DNA of 64,000 nt from Octopus vulgaris. Lineage: Eukaryota. The notes below the pieces were generated by a model that saw nothing but the letters and a program-made list of their open reading frames with translations, was not told where the DNA came from and did no database searches. A program made the position numbers and the translations under genes. Where the stretch lies: NCBI GenBank assembly GCA_951406725.2, contig OX597833.1, positions 42,284,001 through 42,348,000 on the forward strand, given 5' to 3'. This document shows, one piece after another, positions 1 to 12,900 of this stretch (position 1 is its first letter; each line of letters opens with the position of its first letter).

Positions 1-745
1 GGACAACATTGATTGCAGATCACCAGACAGTTACCATAATCTTTTGCTGATGCAACTTTGGCTTTGGGAAATATTTTGGGGACTCATCACAATCAAACCA
101 TTGAGCTGATCATTTATAGTTATCATAAAGGATCCACTTTTCATCACAAGTGGCTGTTTGATCAAGAAAGAGCATTGAGCACACTTCAAAACACCAAACT
201 TTTTTGATTTTCATTGAGCTCATGCGGTACCCATTTATCGAGTTTTTTCCTTACCAATCTTCTGCAGATTGCATGAGCCCATTGCAATACCGACACCAAG
301 TGCCTGAGACATTTCTCTGACACTTTGTTCAACAATTGCTTTCAATTGTTTCTTTGTCAAGACTGCATGTCCGTCCTCTACCTTCTTCATCTTCAAGGCT
401 CTCATTACCACTACAGAATTTCTGAAACCACCTTTGTACAGTGCAATCACTTGTGGACCCCTCTCTCCATGCTCTGTTGATATTGGCAGCAGTTTGGGAG
501 GCATTGTGCCCGAGCTTGAACTCATGCAAGAAAAGTAAGCGATGGTCCTTTTTTGTCATGTTCATAATTAAGGGCGCCTGTGCTTCAAGAATGTTTTCTG
601 TCTGAAATAAGTAGAAAATTATTAAAGAGCATACATCAATTATTAAGTATGTCGAAATTCATCTAAAATATAATTAAAATACTATGATAAAATTCTGTTT
701 CAAAACACAACACTTAGAGTGGCCATTATTTTCAGAACAACCTAA
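1..745 (-). mobile_element. Degenerate mariner (Hsmar1/Mos1-like) DNA transposon, 5' part; runs off the window start
   Basis: ORF 565-329 (LLFLHEFKLGHNASQTAANINRAW...TVQRWFQKFCSGNESLEDEEGRGR) is a mariner HTH N-terminus. Frameshifted continuation gives WVPHELNENQ and TCDEKWILYDN motifs. TIR TTAGGTTGTTCTGAAAATAATGGCC (rc of 721-745) is followed by TA. Confidence 0.9.
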
Positions 746-2196
746 TATGAGAGAAAATATTTACAACATGAAGCCTTTTCTACTTGTGCAGTTAAGATAC
801 AGAATAGTTTATAAAATAGATTATGATAGTAAAGGTGTTGTTGTCTTGATACCTTGTCTTTATTGCCATACATTGATCTATTGGGCTAATCTCCAATTGA
901 TAATAGAATAAGGGTGATATATTAGATATGAAACTTTTTCTTGATACAATTAATAGCTGTTTCTGGTCACTCTGCACTTGTTCAGTCAGGTCATCTAATT
1001 TACTGTTTCTGCTTATATTGCAGTCATCAAGATTGAACATGCTGCAGTTCGGTCTTTGTGTACTGGTAAGTTTAAACATACATGTTGTGCAATCATTCCT
1101 CTTGTAAAGGTACTGATCGCAGCATGACACTAACAGCAGATCCATTGCTTTATTACCGACTATAAAATATTAAAAAAAAGATCATTTGTATATGTTTTAC
1201 TTGTGATTTAAGAGATATGATGAAGAATTATTTGATGTAGATAGAAAACTTGTACCGTAATTATTTTTCATTATATTTTTACTGTGAGAAGAGGAAAAAA
1301 AAAACTCCCTGAAACCAAGAGTCTCAATCCTGGAAAATGAAATCAAAGATATCAGGTGGATAGTAGATTCTTCAGCTGCAGAACTTTGTAATTGCTGATT
1401 TGATTTTTTTTTCCTTCTTACCAATCCTTTTCCAGAATTATTCATGAAATACCATTATACATATTTACATCTTGAAGTCCTTTTTCTTTAGAGTTTTATC
1501 TTGCTAAAATGGGCTTTACATATTTGGTCTGAGTGTGGATAAAAGAGACTCACAAAGACAGGCAATACTTACGAATGTGTTAAACAGCAGAGCACCCCTA
1601 AGTTAAGTATTTCTGCCAAATGAAGTTGTAACAAAAGAGGTATAGAATCTAGATAGACCAATGTCTGAAACCTGTGAGTGCAAGAGGATTTGTCGATCTA
1701 ACTCATTTGTTACTAAATATGTAATATCAAATATAGTCTCTTGGAAAAATAAATGTTACAGAGGTATAATTGCTGAGTGAACTATAAGCATGCAGATCTT
1801 GAGTTCAAATCTACTACAGGCATTTTTTTTGCATATTGAAGCAGTTCACTTACTTATATACACCTCAGTTCATCTAGTCTCAAATGCATATCCACATCCT
1901 CTTGACATCTTATTCCAGGGAAATATATTTCTCATCTGCTGAAATTGACCAGCAAACCTATTATATTTAAAGTGATGGTTTTAATATTTTGGCTTATGCC
2001 CATAGATAACACATAAATGACATAATTTTGTATCTTTTCTCTTAAAATATATGTATAGTTCCAATCTTGCCAGGATTGTCTTTGTCTTTCATCTTACCAG
2101 TGCCAATAATATAAGTGCTGGTAATGAACTGGAGTTAAGACAGTTAAATAACCCCTTTTAAAACAAATTCAAGTCTTGTGTCAGTAGGAGCCTCAG

Positions 2197-2243
<47 letters not shown>

Positions 2244-2667
2244 AATTCTATTCTCACCTACTAGGCACAAGGCCCTCATATATTCCAATAACTGTCTACT
2301 CCTGTGTTCAACACAAATACAAAATGCTGTAATGCCGTATATATGTTGATCACAAAGCAAAATTTTTTTGTTCCAACAAATATTTTATACCCAACCAGTT
2401 TCATTATAAGAGAATTTCATGTTCCTTTATTATACTTTAGTCTCTCAGCACTTGTTATAAAGCCACCTCCCTCTCTTCTACCACCCTATTCAGATGAGGT
2501 GTGGGTGCATTTTCTTTATCTTAAAGTTACATAGTGACCTTAGTAGTGCTAGAGTCATGAAAAAGCACCCAGTTCACTCTGGAAAGTGGTTGGATTAGGA
2601 AGAACATCCTGCCATAGAAACCATGCTAAAGCAGTCATTAAATGATGATGATTATATATATATATAT

Positions 2668-2998
2668 AGGTGCAGACATGGCTGTGTGGTAAGTAGTCAT
2701 AGGCAGAGGTGTGGCTGTGTGGTAAGTAGCTTGCTTACCAACCACATGGTTCCAGGTTCAGTCCCACTACATGGCTCCTTGGACAAGTGTCTTCTATTAT
2801 AGCCTCACGCTGACAAAAACCTTGTGGCCTTGTGAGTGGATTTGGTAGATGGAAACTAAAAGAAGCGGTTCAACAAAAGAGACTGATAGAATAAGTACTA
2901 GGCTTACAGAGAATAAGTTCTGTGGTTGGCTTGTTTGACTAAAGGCAAGGCTCCAGCGTTGCCGCAGTCAGATGACTGAAGCAAGTAAAAGAATAAAA
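2668..2998 (+). mobile_element. Octopus tRNA-derived SINE, family A (GGCTGTGTGGTAAG...GGTTCAGTCCC head), with duplicated head and internal deletion
   Basis: A/B-box-like head, AAAGAAG body, GACTGAA...GTAAAAGAATAAAAG tail; many homologous copies in the window. Confidence 0.8.
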
Positions 2999-3164
2999 GA
3001 ATATATATATATATATTTATATGTATATATATATGTGTATATATATATATATGTGTATGTATATATATATATATATGTATGTATCTATGTATATATATAT
3101 GTATGTATCTATGTATATATATGTGTGTATGTGTGTGTGTATATATATATATATATAGTTCAGA

Positions 3165-3377
3165 AAGTACGAGAGGCATTCGCCATGATTGATTGCTAGC
3201 CACTAACCCTTTTTTATTTTCTCTCTCTGTTTATCTGTGTGTTCCTTTTTGTTGAAGAGCATAGGCTCGAAACGTAAAAGACTTTCTTACTTCCCGAATC
3301 TTAAACTAAAACATCTGTTTGTTGTTTACACACCTATCTTTGTCTTTTGTTTTCTTTATTTTTTTTGTAAATTCCAA

Positions 3378-3380
<3 letters not shown>
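3165..3380 (+). mobile_element. Short Penelope-like terminal-repeat (pLTR) element between (TA)n tracts, with a hammerhead-like motif
   Basis: Homologous to 23480-23675; contains TGTTGA-A-GAGC-ATAG-GCTC-GAAAC-GTA-AAAG; lies next to a PLE endonuclease remnant. Confidence 0.6.
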
Positions 3381-3420
<40 letters not shown>

Positions 3421-3699
3421 CGGATAAAAGATATGCAAAATAGAACACCATATATCAAATTATCTATAAATATAACGATTAAATGGGTTTGCAAAATACA
3501 GTAAAATGAAATAAAATAAAAATAAAATCTTAAACATGAAAATATTATATACATATAACAATTGAAAGTTTTCTTAAGAAATATGTTGAAATATATACAA
3601 TATCTTTGCGGTGCAAAATAAACCATGCATTACAAGTTCCAATAGTGTGATTGAAAACTTGTTCAAGATTCAAAAAATATATACTATCCATATGGTATA

Positions 3700-4040
3700 T
3701 TGTTAGCCGACATTTTAAATTTTGTTGCATGTCTGCAGGAATTCCAGAGTTTGCGTCTTTGATTCAAAGCGCTATTGTCCTGGAATAAAATATAGAATTT
3801 TTCCAAAAGACATAAATCACATTTCATGGGACTTTTATGTGTACCGTGCCTGTAAGGTGTTGCGCTATCTAAATCTCTCCATGCCACGTTGAAAGGCCGG
3901 GTTTCATTTTCTTTTAATTCCCAGACATATTTTGCCAGGCTGGTCTTTGTCCTATTTTTGGGGTATTGGAAGGAATTTCTATATGAATAAAGTCGGGTTT
4001 TGAAAGAATTTTCAGAAGCCCCTGTATAAGTTCTCTATCC
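3700..4040 (-). pseudogene. Penelope-like element GIY-YIG endonuclease C-terminal fragment
   Basis: Reverse translation RTYTGASENSFKTRLYSYRNSF...TSLAKYVWELKE...VAW...KCDLCLLEKFYIL...LNQ...CRHATKF matches the PLE GIY-YIG pattern (YIG...FKxR...LSKYIWELK...CNLCLxEK...CRH). Confidence 0.85.
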
Positions 4041-4225
4041 GTGTGAGCCTTCTATCTGCAACACACACACATGTGATATGCTTCTTTCAGTTTCTGTCTA
4101 CCAAATGCACTCAAGGCTTTGGTCAGCCTGAGGCTATAGTAGAAGGCACTTGCCCAAGGTGCCACACAGTGGGACTGAACCCAGAACTATGTGGTTGGTA
4201 AGCAAGCTACTTACCACATAGCCAC

Positions 4226-4962
<737 letters not shown>

Positions 4963-5426
4963 TAGGCTATATTAAATCTGAGCAAGAAGCAAACAGTAAC
5001 GGTACTGAATCGTAAAATATATTTTCCAACTAAATGTGGTGGCCCCAAAGAAGATAATGTTACTGTTGTTTTTAGTCCCAGGAAGACATCCCCTCCAGTT
5101 GGCTAATGATGCAGTCTGTGTCCAATTAGTATTTGTGAGGGGAGATCATCACTCCCATCTCTAGCCTTACGTGATACACACAGACCCGGGTTTCTGGTTA
5201 GTTACCTGTCTTCAATGTGTGATAATCACCAGCTAGTGATGAAAACTTATTCCACTCACAAAATACTGTTTTACAAAAGAAGTATTCCACTTTTACTTTA
5301 CAGTTAACTGGTTAGGTAGATAGAGGTGTTGATGGGTTAGGGTTCTATCGAAGGTGTTTCAGCAGTGACATGTTACAAGATTGAGGTGACACACAACATA
5401 TAAATATAAATATATATATTTCCATT

Positions 5427-5459
<33 letters not shown>

Positions 5460-5699
5460 ATTCATATATTTATGTATATCTCTATATCTCTATATATGAA
5501 TGTGTGAATATACACACACATACACATACACACAGTACACACACGCATACATTAAAACATGGTTTATTATTTTTCTACTCTCCCTCACTTAGCTCTTTCA
5601 CACTCCTCTTCACTCTTGATATAATCTTTATGACACTGTCCCCACCTACATATCAAACGTCATCTTATCACCATCAAATATTTCTTAGGCTGTTGTACT

Positions 5700-6900
5700 A
5701 TGCTGAAGCCCAACTTCTCTTCTCTCCTCAGCCTTGTTGAGCTTGTCCTCAGTTTGAAGTGGTTCTGATTCTACTGCAAATTTTACCAGTAGGTCACTGA
5801 GGTAGCCAGGGGAACGATATAGGCCCAAGCTATGCTTATTTTTTTATAGGTTATGTCAAGGCTGAAATCTTTGCTTACTAGCCCCACTCCTAGACGGTAT
5901 GGTAGGCGTACCAATTAATGCATTGGAGCCACATCTCTTAACCTTTCTCAGCTTACCATCTTTATCAACTTTATCACTCTCTTCCAATCCAGCCTTTGAT
6001 TTCACTTCCATCTTCTCCTCTATCAATTTCTTTGACATCTCTGATACTATTGATTACCCCTGATCTCCCTCTCCATGCATGTTTTCTATAAATCACCCAC
6101 CTCCCACTCTTACCTTTACTTTGTCTTTTCTCACCTCAACCATTTGAAATCTTCTATTCCCTTGTTACCATCCCTATGCTTTTACAATTTTGAAACCCAG
6201 TCCTACCTGATCACTCTCCCATTCATGTATCATAGACCATCGTCAATATTGCTTTCCTCTGTGATCGCATCTCTGCACTCTTGATCATTTGCCCCCCCCC
6301 CTTCCATTTCTACCCTAATACATTATCCCTCGAATGGTCCATCCTGAGCACTTTTCTGTCTACTCTACTTAGCCCCTGCAACCTTTTCTACATTCTATGA
6401 ATAACCACTTCCCTGATCCCAACAGGCTCCTAATTTCTGTGACCTTTTAGTTCACTATTCTTCTAACCCTCCTAATACCCAACTGAGATCTTTTCTTGGC
6501 TTTTGAGCCTGGCATAATACATGTCCTTGTGCCTAGAGTGCCATTATACTTTTTGGTTCCAACCAATGTTATTTCCATATCATTGACCATTTCACCTATA
6601 CCATTAATAACTGCCTTAGCTGTCAGCACAGGGGCTTGTCATATATTGATGAAATTTACTGTAGTTCAATTGATCATATCACTGAACATTTATGTGATAT
6701 TCACCTGAACAACACCACATCACCACTTGGTGTCATGTTAACACACAAGCACACTATATGCCCTATCTGTAGCATTATTTCATATCACAGATATTCTCCT
6801 TCTCACCACCAAGAAGAATATCTCATCTTCCACCTTGGTTGCTTTGCATCTATGAATAGTGTAGTTACAGTAACACAACTATGCCCTACAACACAGCATT
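5700..6900 (+). pseudogene. Highly degenerate Penelope-like element (RT C-terminus plus GIY-YIG)
   Basis: Remnants GPSYAY.F.GYV, FYKSPTSHSYLYF..SH..H.KSSIP (PLE YRKPTDSHSYL...HP motif) and SYIDE...DHITEHLCDIHLNN (YIGET...RFxEH-like); many stops and frameshifts. Confidence 0.65.
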
Positions 6901-8760
6901 CCCTTTTCCTACATTTACATTTCATATTAGACCATGCTTTTACACACTTGTCTCATAGACCACATTCATTTACCTATACATTTATGCATCCATATAGATT
7001 AAACATACTGCAAACTATGACATATGGACATACTACCCATTGCACATGCACACAGACACTAATATACATACCATCTCATTTTAAGCCTACAAACATACCT
7101 CCAACCTGCCATCCCTTCACATATTTCTCCACCCCATAACACTACATGAATACATTGCACATAGGTACTCTTTGTTTACCACATAGATATCCTTCATGCA
7201 CTCACACAAACAAAAACCTGGTATCATGAACTTCGCTCTCATTTTTTTTCTCTCTTCATTATTCTTCTTTTACTCATCTTTTTTCACTTTTTCTCCTTTC
7301 CTCTGACTTTTCCTACTTATTCCCCCACTCCCTCCTTCTCTCTCTCTCCCCTCCCTCTCCTGCTCTCTTTCTCTCTTTAATCTCATTGTAATCTAGATTC
7401 TACTTCTTTCTCATTCTACTTGTGGCTTGCCATGTGAACAGACATCCTTTCTCTCTTTTCCTGCTTCTCAATTTCTTTTTCTTTTCTTTTTTCTTCTCAT
7501 TTTCTTTGGTGTATTAAGCTACATTGTACACTTCTTTGTTTTTTGGGGTTTTTTTCATTTTATATTATATTTCCACACTTTGCAAGAACATACTTTTGTA
7601 TGTCTGGTTCTATGTGTTTTTTTTTCCTCTTTGCCTCACATTTTCATTGTGTGATGTTTACCTATAGTTATGTTCTTTAACCCTATGCCTTTCTAAGTCC
7701 ACTTTCCATATAGTTTTTTTCCTCTTTTTTAGATTTCTCTTTTCTTTCTTCCTACTATTAATAGCAATTCTGAGAATATAGTGTTAGTGACTCTGATGTT
7801 GGTACAGATCTTATGAAACTAACTAGACACTTTGTTTCAACGGTCCCTCTAGATATGTTTTCCTAACAGTACATCAACTTAACATTATTTATTACTCTAA
7901 TCTTCTAAGCCACTCCCACTTATTGTATTTATAAGATTTTAATTGGCTAGGTATACTGTATTACTTTTGTTGATGGTCTTGGAGTGGCAACTGGTGGTAC
8001 ATATATAGTTGTCCTTTGCTTTACTCATGTATTTGCTTCTGAGAATCATCATGCAGACTGAAAATATGTAAATTGAGGCACATAGGTTTGAATGATAATA
8101 GGAATAAAAAAAGAAGTTTTTGTAGTATTTCTAAAAATACAGTTATTTTATGTGTAAGTGCCTGTGTCCACAATAATGTTTTACACTTGTACAAGAACCA
8201 TTGTTGTTAACATTTGTCACTATGTCTGGCAACTTAACAGTTTGAAAACAGTCATTTAATGCATTACAGCATAATAATAATGTGATTCAATATTTAGATG
8301 CTTTCAATTCACTAACAATTTTTCTTTCCTTGATATAAAAATTCTCTTTCAGAATAGACTGTTTTCATCAGCATTAAATACTTGTTTTAATGAATAAAAT
8401 TGTAATATTTTAACTAATTTTTATACAAGTTACTGTGCTTTTTTCTTGATTAACTTCTTGCATGCTTTCTGATATTATGTTATATTAAGGTGAAAGCTTT
8501 GATTTAAAAAAAAAATCTTTGAACCCATCCCTTATTCCTAAAAATCCAGGTTGTAGATGTTTGCTTTATAAAGTTGATTTCACTTAAAATTCTTATTGCT
8601 GCTTGTCATAAAGCAAAGCTATCCAAAATATTTTTCCATTGTTCCATAATGTTACAAAATATATATCAATACATGCTTTAAACTTACTGAAGATCTTCCA
8701 GTTATACTAATTTTAATATCTTCTCTGTTTCTTTTCATTGTTGCTTAAACAATTGCTTCT

Positions 8761-9293
8761 TTTCAGTTCTATATTTAAGAGATGAGGAATTATGTACATT
8801 ATTTACATTATTTACAATTGACAGATATTTGTCCTCATCTAGTTTGTTGTTAACATGACGTTTCGGCTGATATACCCTCCAGCCTTCATCAGGTGTCTTT
8901 GGGAAATTTTGAACCTGGGTTCTCATTCCTAAGGTACTTTTCAATGTTGTTGTTTTTATTGTTCAGGTCACTGCTTGGAATCGAACTCGGAATTTTGGGG
9001 TCAGTAGCGCTCGCTCTTAACCACTACGCCATATGCCTGTGGGCATATGGCGTAGTGGTTAAGAGCGAGCGCTACTAACCCCAAAATTCCGAGTTCAATT
9101 CCAGGCAGTGACCTGGATAATAATAATAATAATAATAATAACAACAACAACAACATTGAAAAATACCTTAGGAATGAGAACCCAGGTTCAAAATTTCCCC
9201 AGGACACCTGATGAAGGTTGGAGGGTATATCAGCCGAAACATGTTAACAACAAACAAGACGAGAACAAATATCAGTCAATTATAAATAATGTA
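8761..9293. mobile_element. Head-to-head inverted pair of a tRNA-headed, hammerhead-containing short retroelement
   Basis: Arms 8761-9037 (-) and 9042-9293 (+) are reverse complements around TGTG. Each has A-box TGGCGTAGTGG, a B-box-like GAGTTCRATTCC and a CTGATGA...GAAAC core. Confidence 0.8.
8852..8898 (-). ncRNA. Putative minimal type I hammerhead ribozyme
   Basis: rc reads GACAC-CTGATGA-A-GGCTG-gagggtatat-CAGCC-GAAAC-GTC-ATGTT: intact core, 5-bp stem II, GUC cleavage triplet, stem I GACAC/ATGTT with 1 mismatch and 1 wobble, minimal palindromic stem III (ACGT). Confidence 0.65.
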
Positions 9294-9778
9294 TTTGCTT
9301 CATTTATATGAAATGAATTTTTTTTACAGTGTCTGTGAAACCTTTTCCAGTTTGAAGTTGATTAAATGTTTTAATTTTTATTTCAAGAAAGACCAATGTT
9401 CTTGTTCATTTTTAGTTTGACATGTGAAACACTGTTATTTAATCTCAAAAATATTTCACAAAATATAAAAAAAATAGATATAGCTTAAGCTCTACTTTAG
9501 CATATAGTCTACCTCACTAGCCTAGTAATGAAATGACAACAAAATGAGAAAAAATAAAAAGCTGAAATAGAAACAGTGAAACACATGCATCTGCGCACGC
9601 ACACACACACAGACTTCATGGACTTCATTAAGTTTTTGTCTACCAAATTCACTCATGAGGCTTCAGTTGATCTGGGGCTATGGAAGAAGACACTTCCCCC
9701 AAGGTGCCATGCAGTGGGATGGAACCTAAAACCTTATGGTTTAGAAGTAAACTTCTTCTCAATACAGCCATGCCTGCA

Positions 9779-9833
<55 letters not shown>

Positions 9834-11007
9834 ATTAAAACATAAGAAGGAAAATTGTACTCTATATTGCTACACGGAGTGTAGACTTTATTTAATCATA
9901 CAAAATCAAGTTGCTTGTATCCATTCCTTATAGATGCCAAAATTCAAATTTCAGGTTTCAAATAATCGAGAATTTCATTCAATATATGTGTATAAAATCC
10001 TCATTGTCATTTTATGTCCACTTTTCTTTGCTTGCATGGATTGTGAACAGGTCTGTTCTACTGCACTGTTTCAAAACTTGTGGTTCATCATCACCTGATA
10101 CACAAAACATTCAGTCTTTGCTGTTGTGTATATCATATATTTAGCTTAGTTTTGTACAGCTGGATACCCTTTCTCTTACCAGTCACTTTATTGCTATACC
10201 GCATTCATCAAGTGCATTTTACAATGCTATTGGCCCTAAAAAGGATATGCAAATCAAATTTATTTAGAATTAGCGCTTCACTTCCTCCTCCTCCTTTTAT
10301 TTTCTTTAACTTTCCCCAAATTGATATTCACTATTGATCATGCTCCCTTCTCTGTCTGCTGTTCATTGCATCACCTATATCCCTATCTCTAACCATCAGT
10401 CACTCACCTCTCACTATTATGAACTTACCTGGTCCTCTGTTCCTAGCCCCATCACATTTACCTTCTTATATCTTGTAATTATTTCTTGACACCTCATCAC
10501 CATCATCTTCTCTCTATTACCAGCTAGTGTAGCCATGTATCTCCTCTAAGTAAAACACCTGCTTCTTATCCTTTACCATACTTTTGCTTCTCGACTCCTG
10601 TCATAAGTCAAATGCCTCATTACTACACCCCATCACCACAGTCAAGGTGAGTTGCCTTGTAAGCTACTTGGCAACCTCACTAGTGCCTGTAACACACACA
10701 AAAAAAAAAAAAAAGAAAAAAAACACACCCAGGACACTGTGTAAAGTGGTTGGCATTAGGAAGGGCATCCAGTTGTAGAAACCATGTCAAAACATACATT
10801 GAAGCTCAACATAGTCCTCAGACCCATTGGATTCTGTTAAACTATCCAATCCATGCCAGCATGGAATACAGATGCTGAATGATGAGAATGATGATGATGT
10901 CTTTGCTGCAGCTTGTGGATTTCACTCACCATTCATTTCTTTCATTTTATATATGCTCTTTTATTTTTACCTGATGTTCTATCAATTCTACCATCAGCTG
11001 TCATTTA

Positions 11008-11605
11008 CAAGGGAGTGCTGAAAAGTTCCTGGCTTTAAGGTCATCATGAAAGGCCTGCTTGGAAACCCAACCTTCCCAGTTCTTTTACAAGTCTTAGAAA
11101 AACTGAAGGACTGTTGCAATAAGTGTGTGAATTTGAGAGAGGTGTATATTCAATAAAATTATAATTATAGGCGCAGGAATGGCTGTGTGGTAAGTAGATT
11201 GTTTACCAACCACATGGTTCCGGGTTCAGTCCCACTGCATGGCACCTTGGGCAAGTGTCTTCTACTATAGCCTTGGGCTGACCAAAGCCTTGTGAGTGGA
11301 TTTGGTAGACGGAAACTGAAAGAAGCCCGTCGTATATATGTGTATATATATGTATGTGCGTGTATGTTTGTGTGTCTGTGTTTATGTCCCCGTAACTTAG
11401 CGGTTCGGCAAAAGAGACCGATAGAATAAGTACTGGGCTTACAAAGAATAAGTCCCGGGGTCGAGTTGCTCGATTAAAGGCGGTGCTCCAGCATGGCCGC
11501 AGTCAAAATGACTGAAACAAGTGAAAAAAAAAAAAGTAAAAAGAAGAACTGATCCTCTCGTATTTTCTTTTACTCGAAGCCAGGAACTTTTCAGCACGCC
11601 ACTCG
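11008..11605 (+). mobile_element. Internally deleted mariner (MITE-like), interrupted by a SINE
   Basis: TIRs GTGCTGAAAAGTTCCTGGCTT / AAGCCAGGAACTTTTCAGCAC; retains a transposase C-terminus (LEKLKDCCNKCVNLR) at about 11085-11155; SINE A inserted at 11168-11545. Confidence 0.75.
11168..11545 (+). mobile_element. SINE family A, near full length
   Basis: GGCGCAGGAATGGCTGTGTGGTAAG head, internal (TA/TG)n, GACTGAAACAAGT tail. Confidence 0.9.
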
Positions 11606-11680
11606 CACAATCTGCTGAAGTATAATATTGAGATTATTTCATGATGTGTTATTAGTGTATTTTTTTTAATCAATTTGTAG

Positions 11681-11766
11681 GTTCTATCAATGGGGAAACA
11701 ACTCATGGACAAGAAAACATGTTAACTTTTGGTGACCTTGAAGAAGATGTGAAACCGCTAAATTTG
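11681..11766 (+). CDS. POU class 2 transcription factor, internal exon a (SINGETTHGQENMLTFGDLEEDVKPLNL)
   Basis: tttgtag acceptor, open frame, GTGAGC donor, ends in phase 0 compatible with the next exon; no homology anchor. Confidence 0.6.
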
Positions 11767-12058
11767 GTGAGCTTAAACTAACAGTTACTCGTTTTTCTTT
11801 CAAATTTATATTTGTTTCCTAATTGATGATGTTGTTGTTTAGCTCAGAATCAGCTTCAGTTGAACAGATTTATCATCAAAGGTGTTGCAGTCCTGACCGT
11901 TCAGTTTTTTTCCAGACTTGGTGGATTTAGGAATACATTATTTTAGCCTTTGCTTTAAAAATTAGGCACTGTACTTAAACTACAGGTTTCTCTCTCTATA
12001 GTTAGAAAAAGTAATTAATGTGACTAGTTTCAGTTGATTTTAATGCTTCATCAGACAT

Positions 12059-12292
12059 ATATTTCTTTACTACCCACAAGGGGCTAAACACAGAGGGGAC
12101 AAACAAAGACAGACAAACGGATTAAGCCGATTACATCGACCCCAGTGCGTAACTGGTACTTTATTTTATCGACCCCGAAAGGATGAAAGGCAAAGTCGAC
12201 CTCGGCGGAATTTGAACTCAGAACGTAACGACAGACGAAATACCGCAAAGCATTTCGCCCGGCATGCTAACGTTTCTGCCAGCTCGCCGCCT
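12059..12292 (-). mobile_element. Octopus SINE family B (GGCGGCGAGCTGGCAGAAACGTTAGC head); further copies at about 18330-18545, 21300-21748 (x2), 32970-33203, 50380-50565, 58020-58238
   Basis: GAGTTCAAATTCCGCCGAGGTCGAC B-box region and multi-copy homology within the window. Confidence 0.85.
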
Positions 12293-12489
12293 TCATCAGA
12301 CATGCTTCATCAGACATAGGTTACTCATTCCTGGACACAGAGGGAAGTATAGCTTATATGTAGTATGTCCATCTTCAGTCAGAACTAAATTGGTTTGTCT
12401 AATTTGCATAAGTGGGATAAGTATGTCTTTTTTCATTACATTTCTACACACACACACATACCAAATGAGAGAAAAAGTATTTGGAGTAT

Positions 12490-12900
12490 ACTCTTTTCTC
12501 TTTTACTTGTTTCAGTCATTTTGACTGTGGTCATGCTGGAGCACCGCCTTTAGTCGATCGAGCAAATCGACCCCAGGACTTATTCTTTGTAAGCCTAGTA
12601 CTTATTCTATCGGTCTCTTTTTGCTGAACTGCTAAGTTACAGGGACGTAAACACACCAGCATTGGTTGTCAAGCGATGTTGGAGGGACACACACACAAAC
12701 ATATACACACACATGCATGTATATATATATATATATATATATATACGACGGGCTTCTTTCAGTTTCCATCTACCAAATCCACTCACAAGGCTTTGGTTGG
12801 CCTGAGGCTATAGTAGAATACCTTTGCCCAAGGTGCCACGCAGTGGGACTGAACCCGGAACCATGTGGTTGGTAAGCAAGCTACTTACCACACAGCCACC
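12490..12900 (-). mobile_element. SINE family A, full length
   Basis: Reverse complement of the 11168-11545/21768-22193 type. Confidence 0.9.

Noticed and set aside
792-1445. Two minus-strand ORFs (117 and 82 aa)
   Set aside because: No recognisable motif or splice context; possibly decayed repeat
7790-7832. CTGATG...GAAAC hammerhead-like spacing downstream of the decayed PLE; similar at 50722-50752
   Set aside because: Core and stems too degenerate to support
9042-9115. Genuine tRNA-Ser(ACT) gene
   Set aside because: Acceptor and anticodon stems pair poorly and it is fused to repeat body; treated as a SINE head
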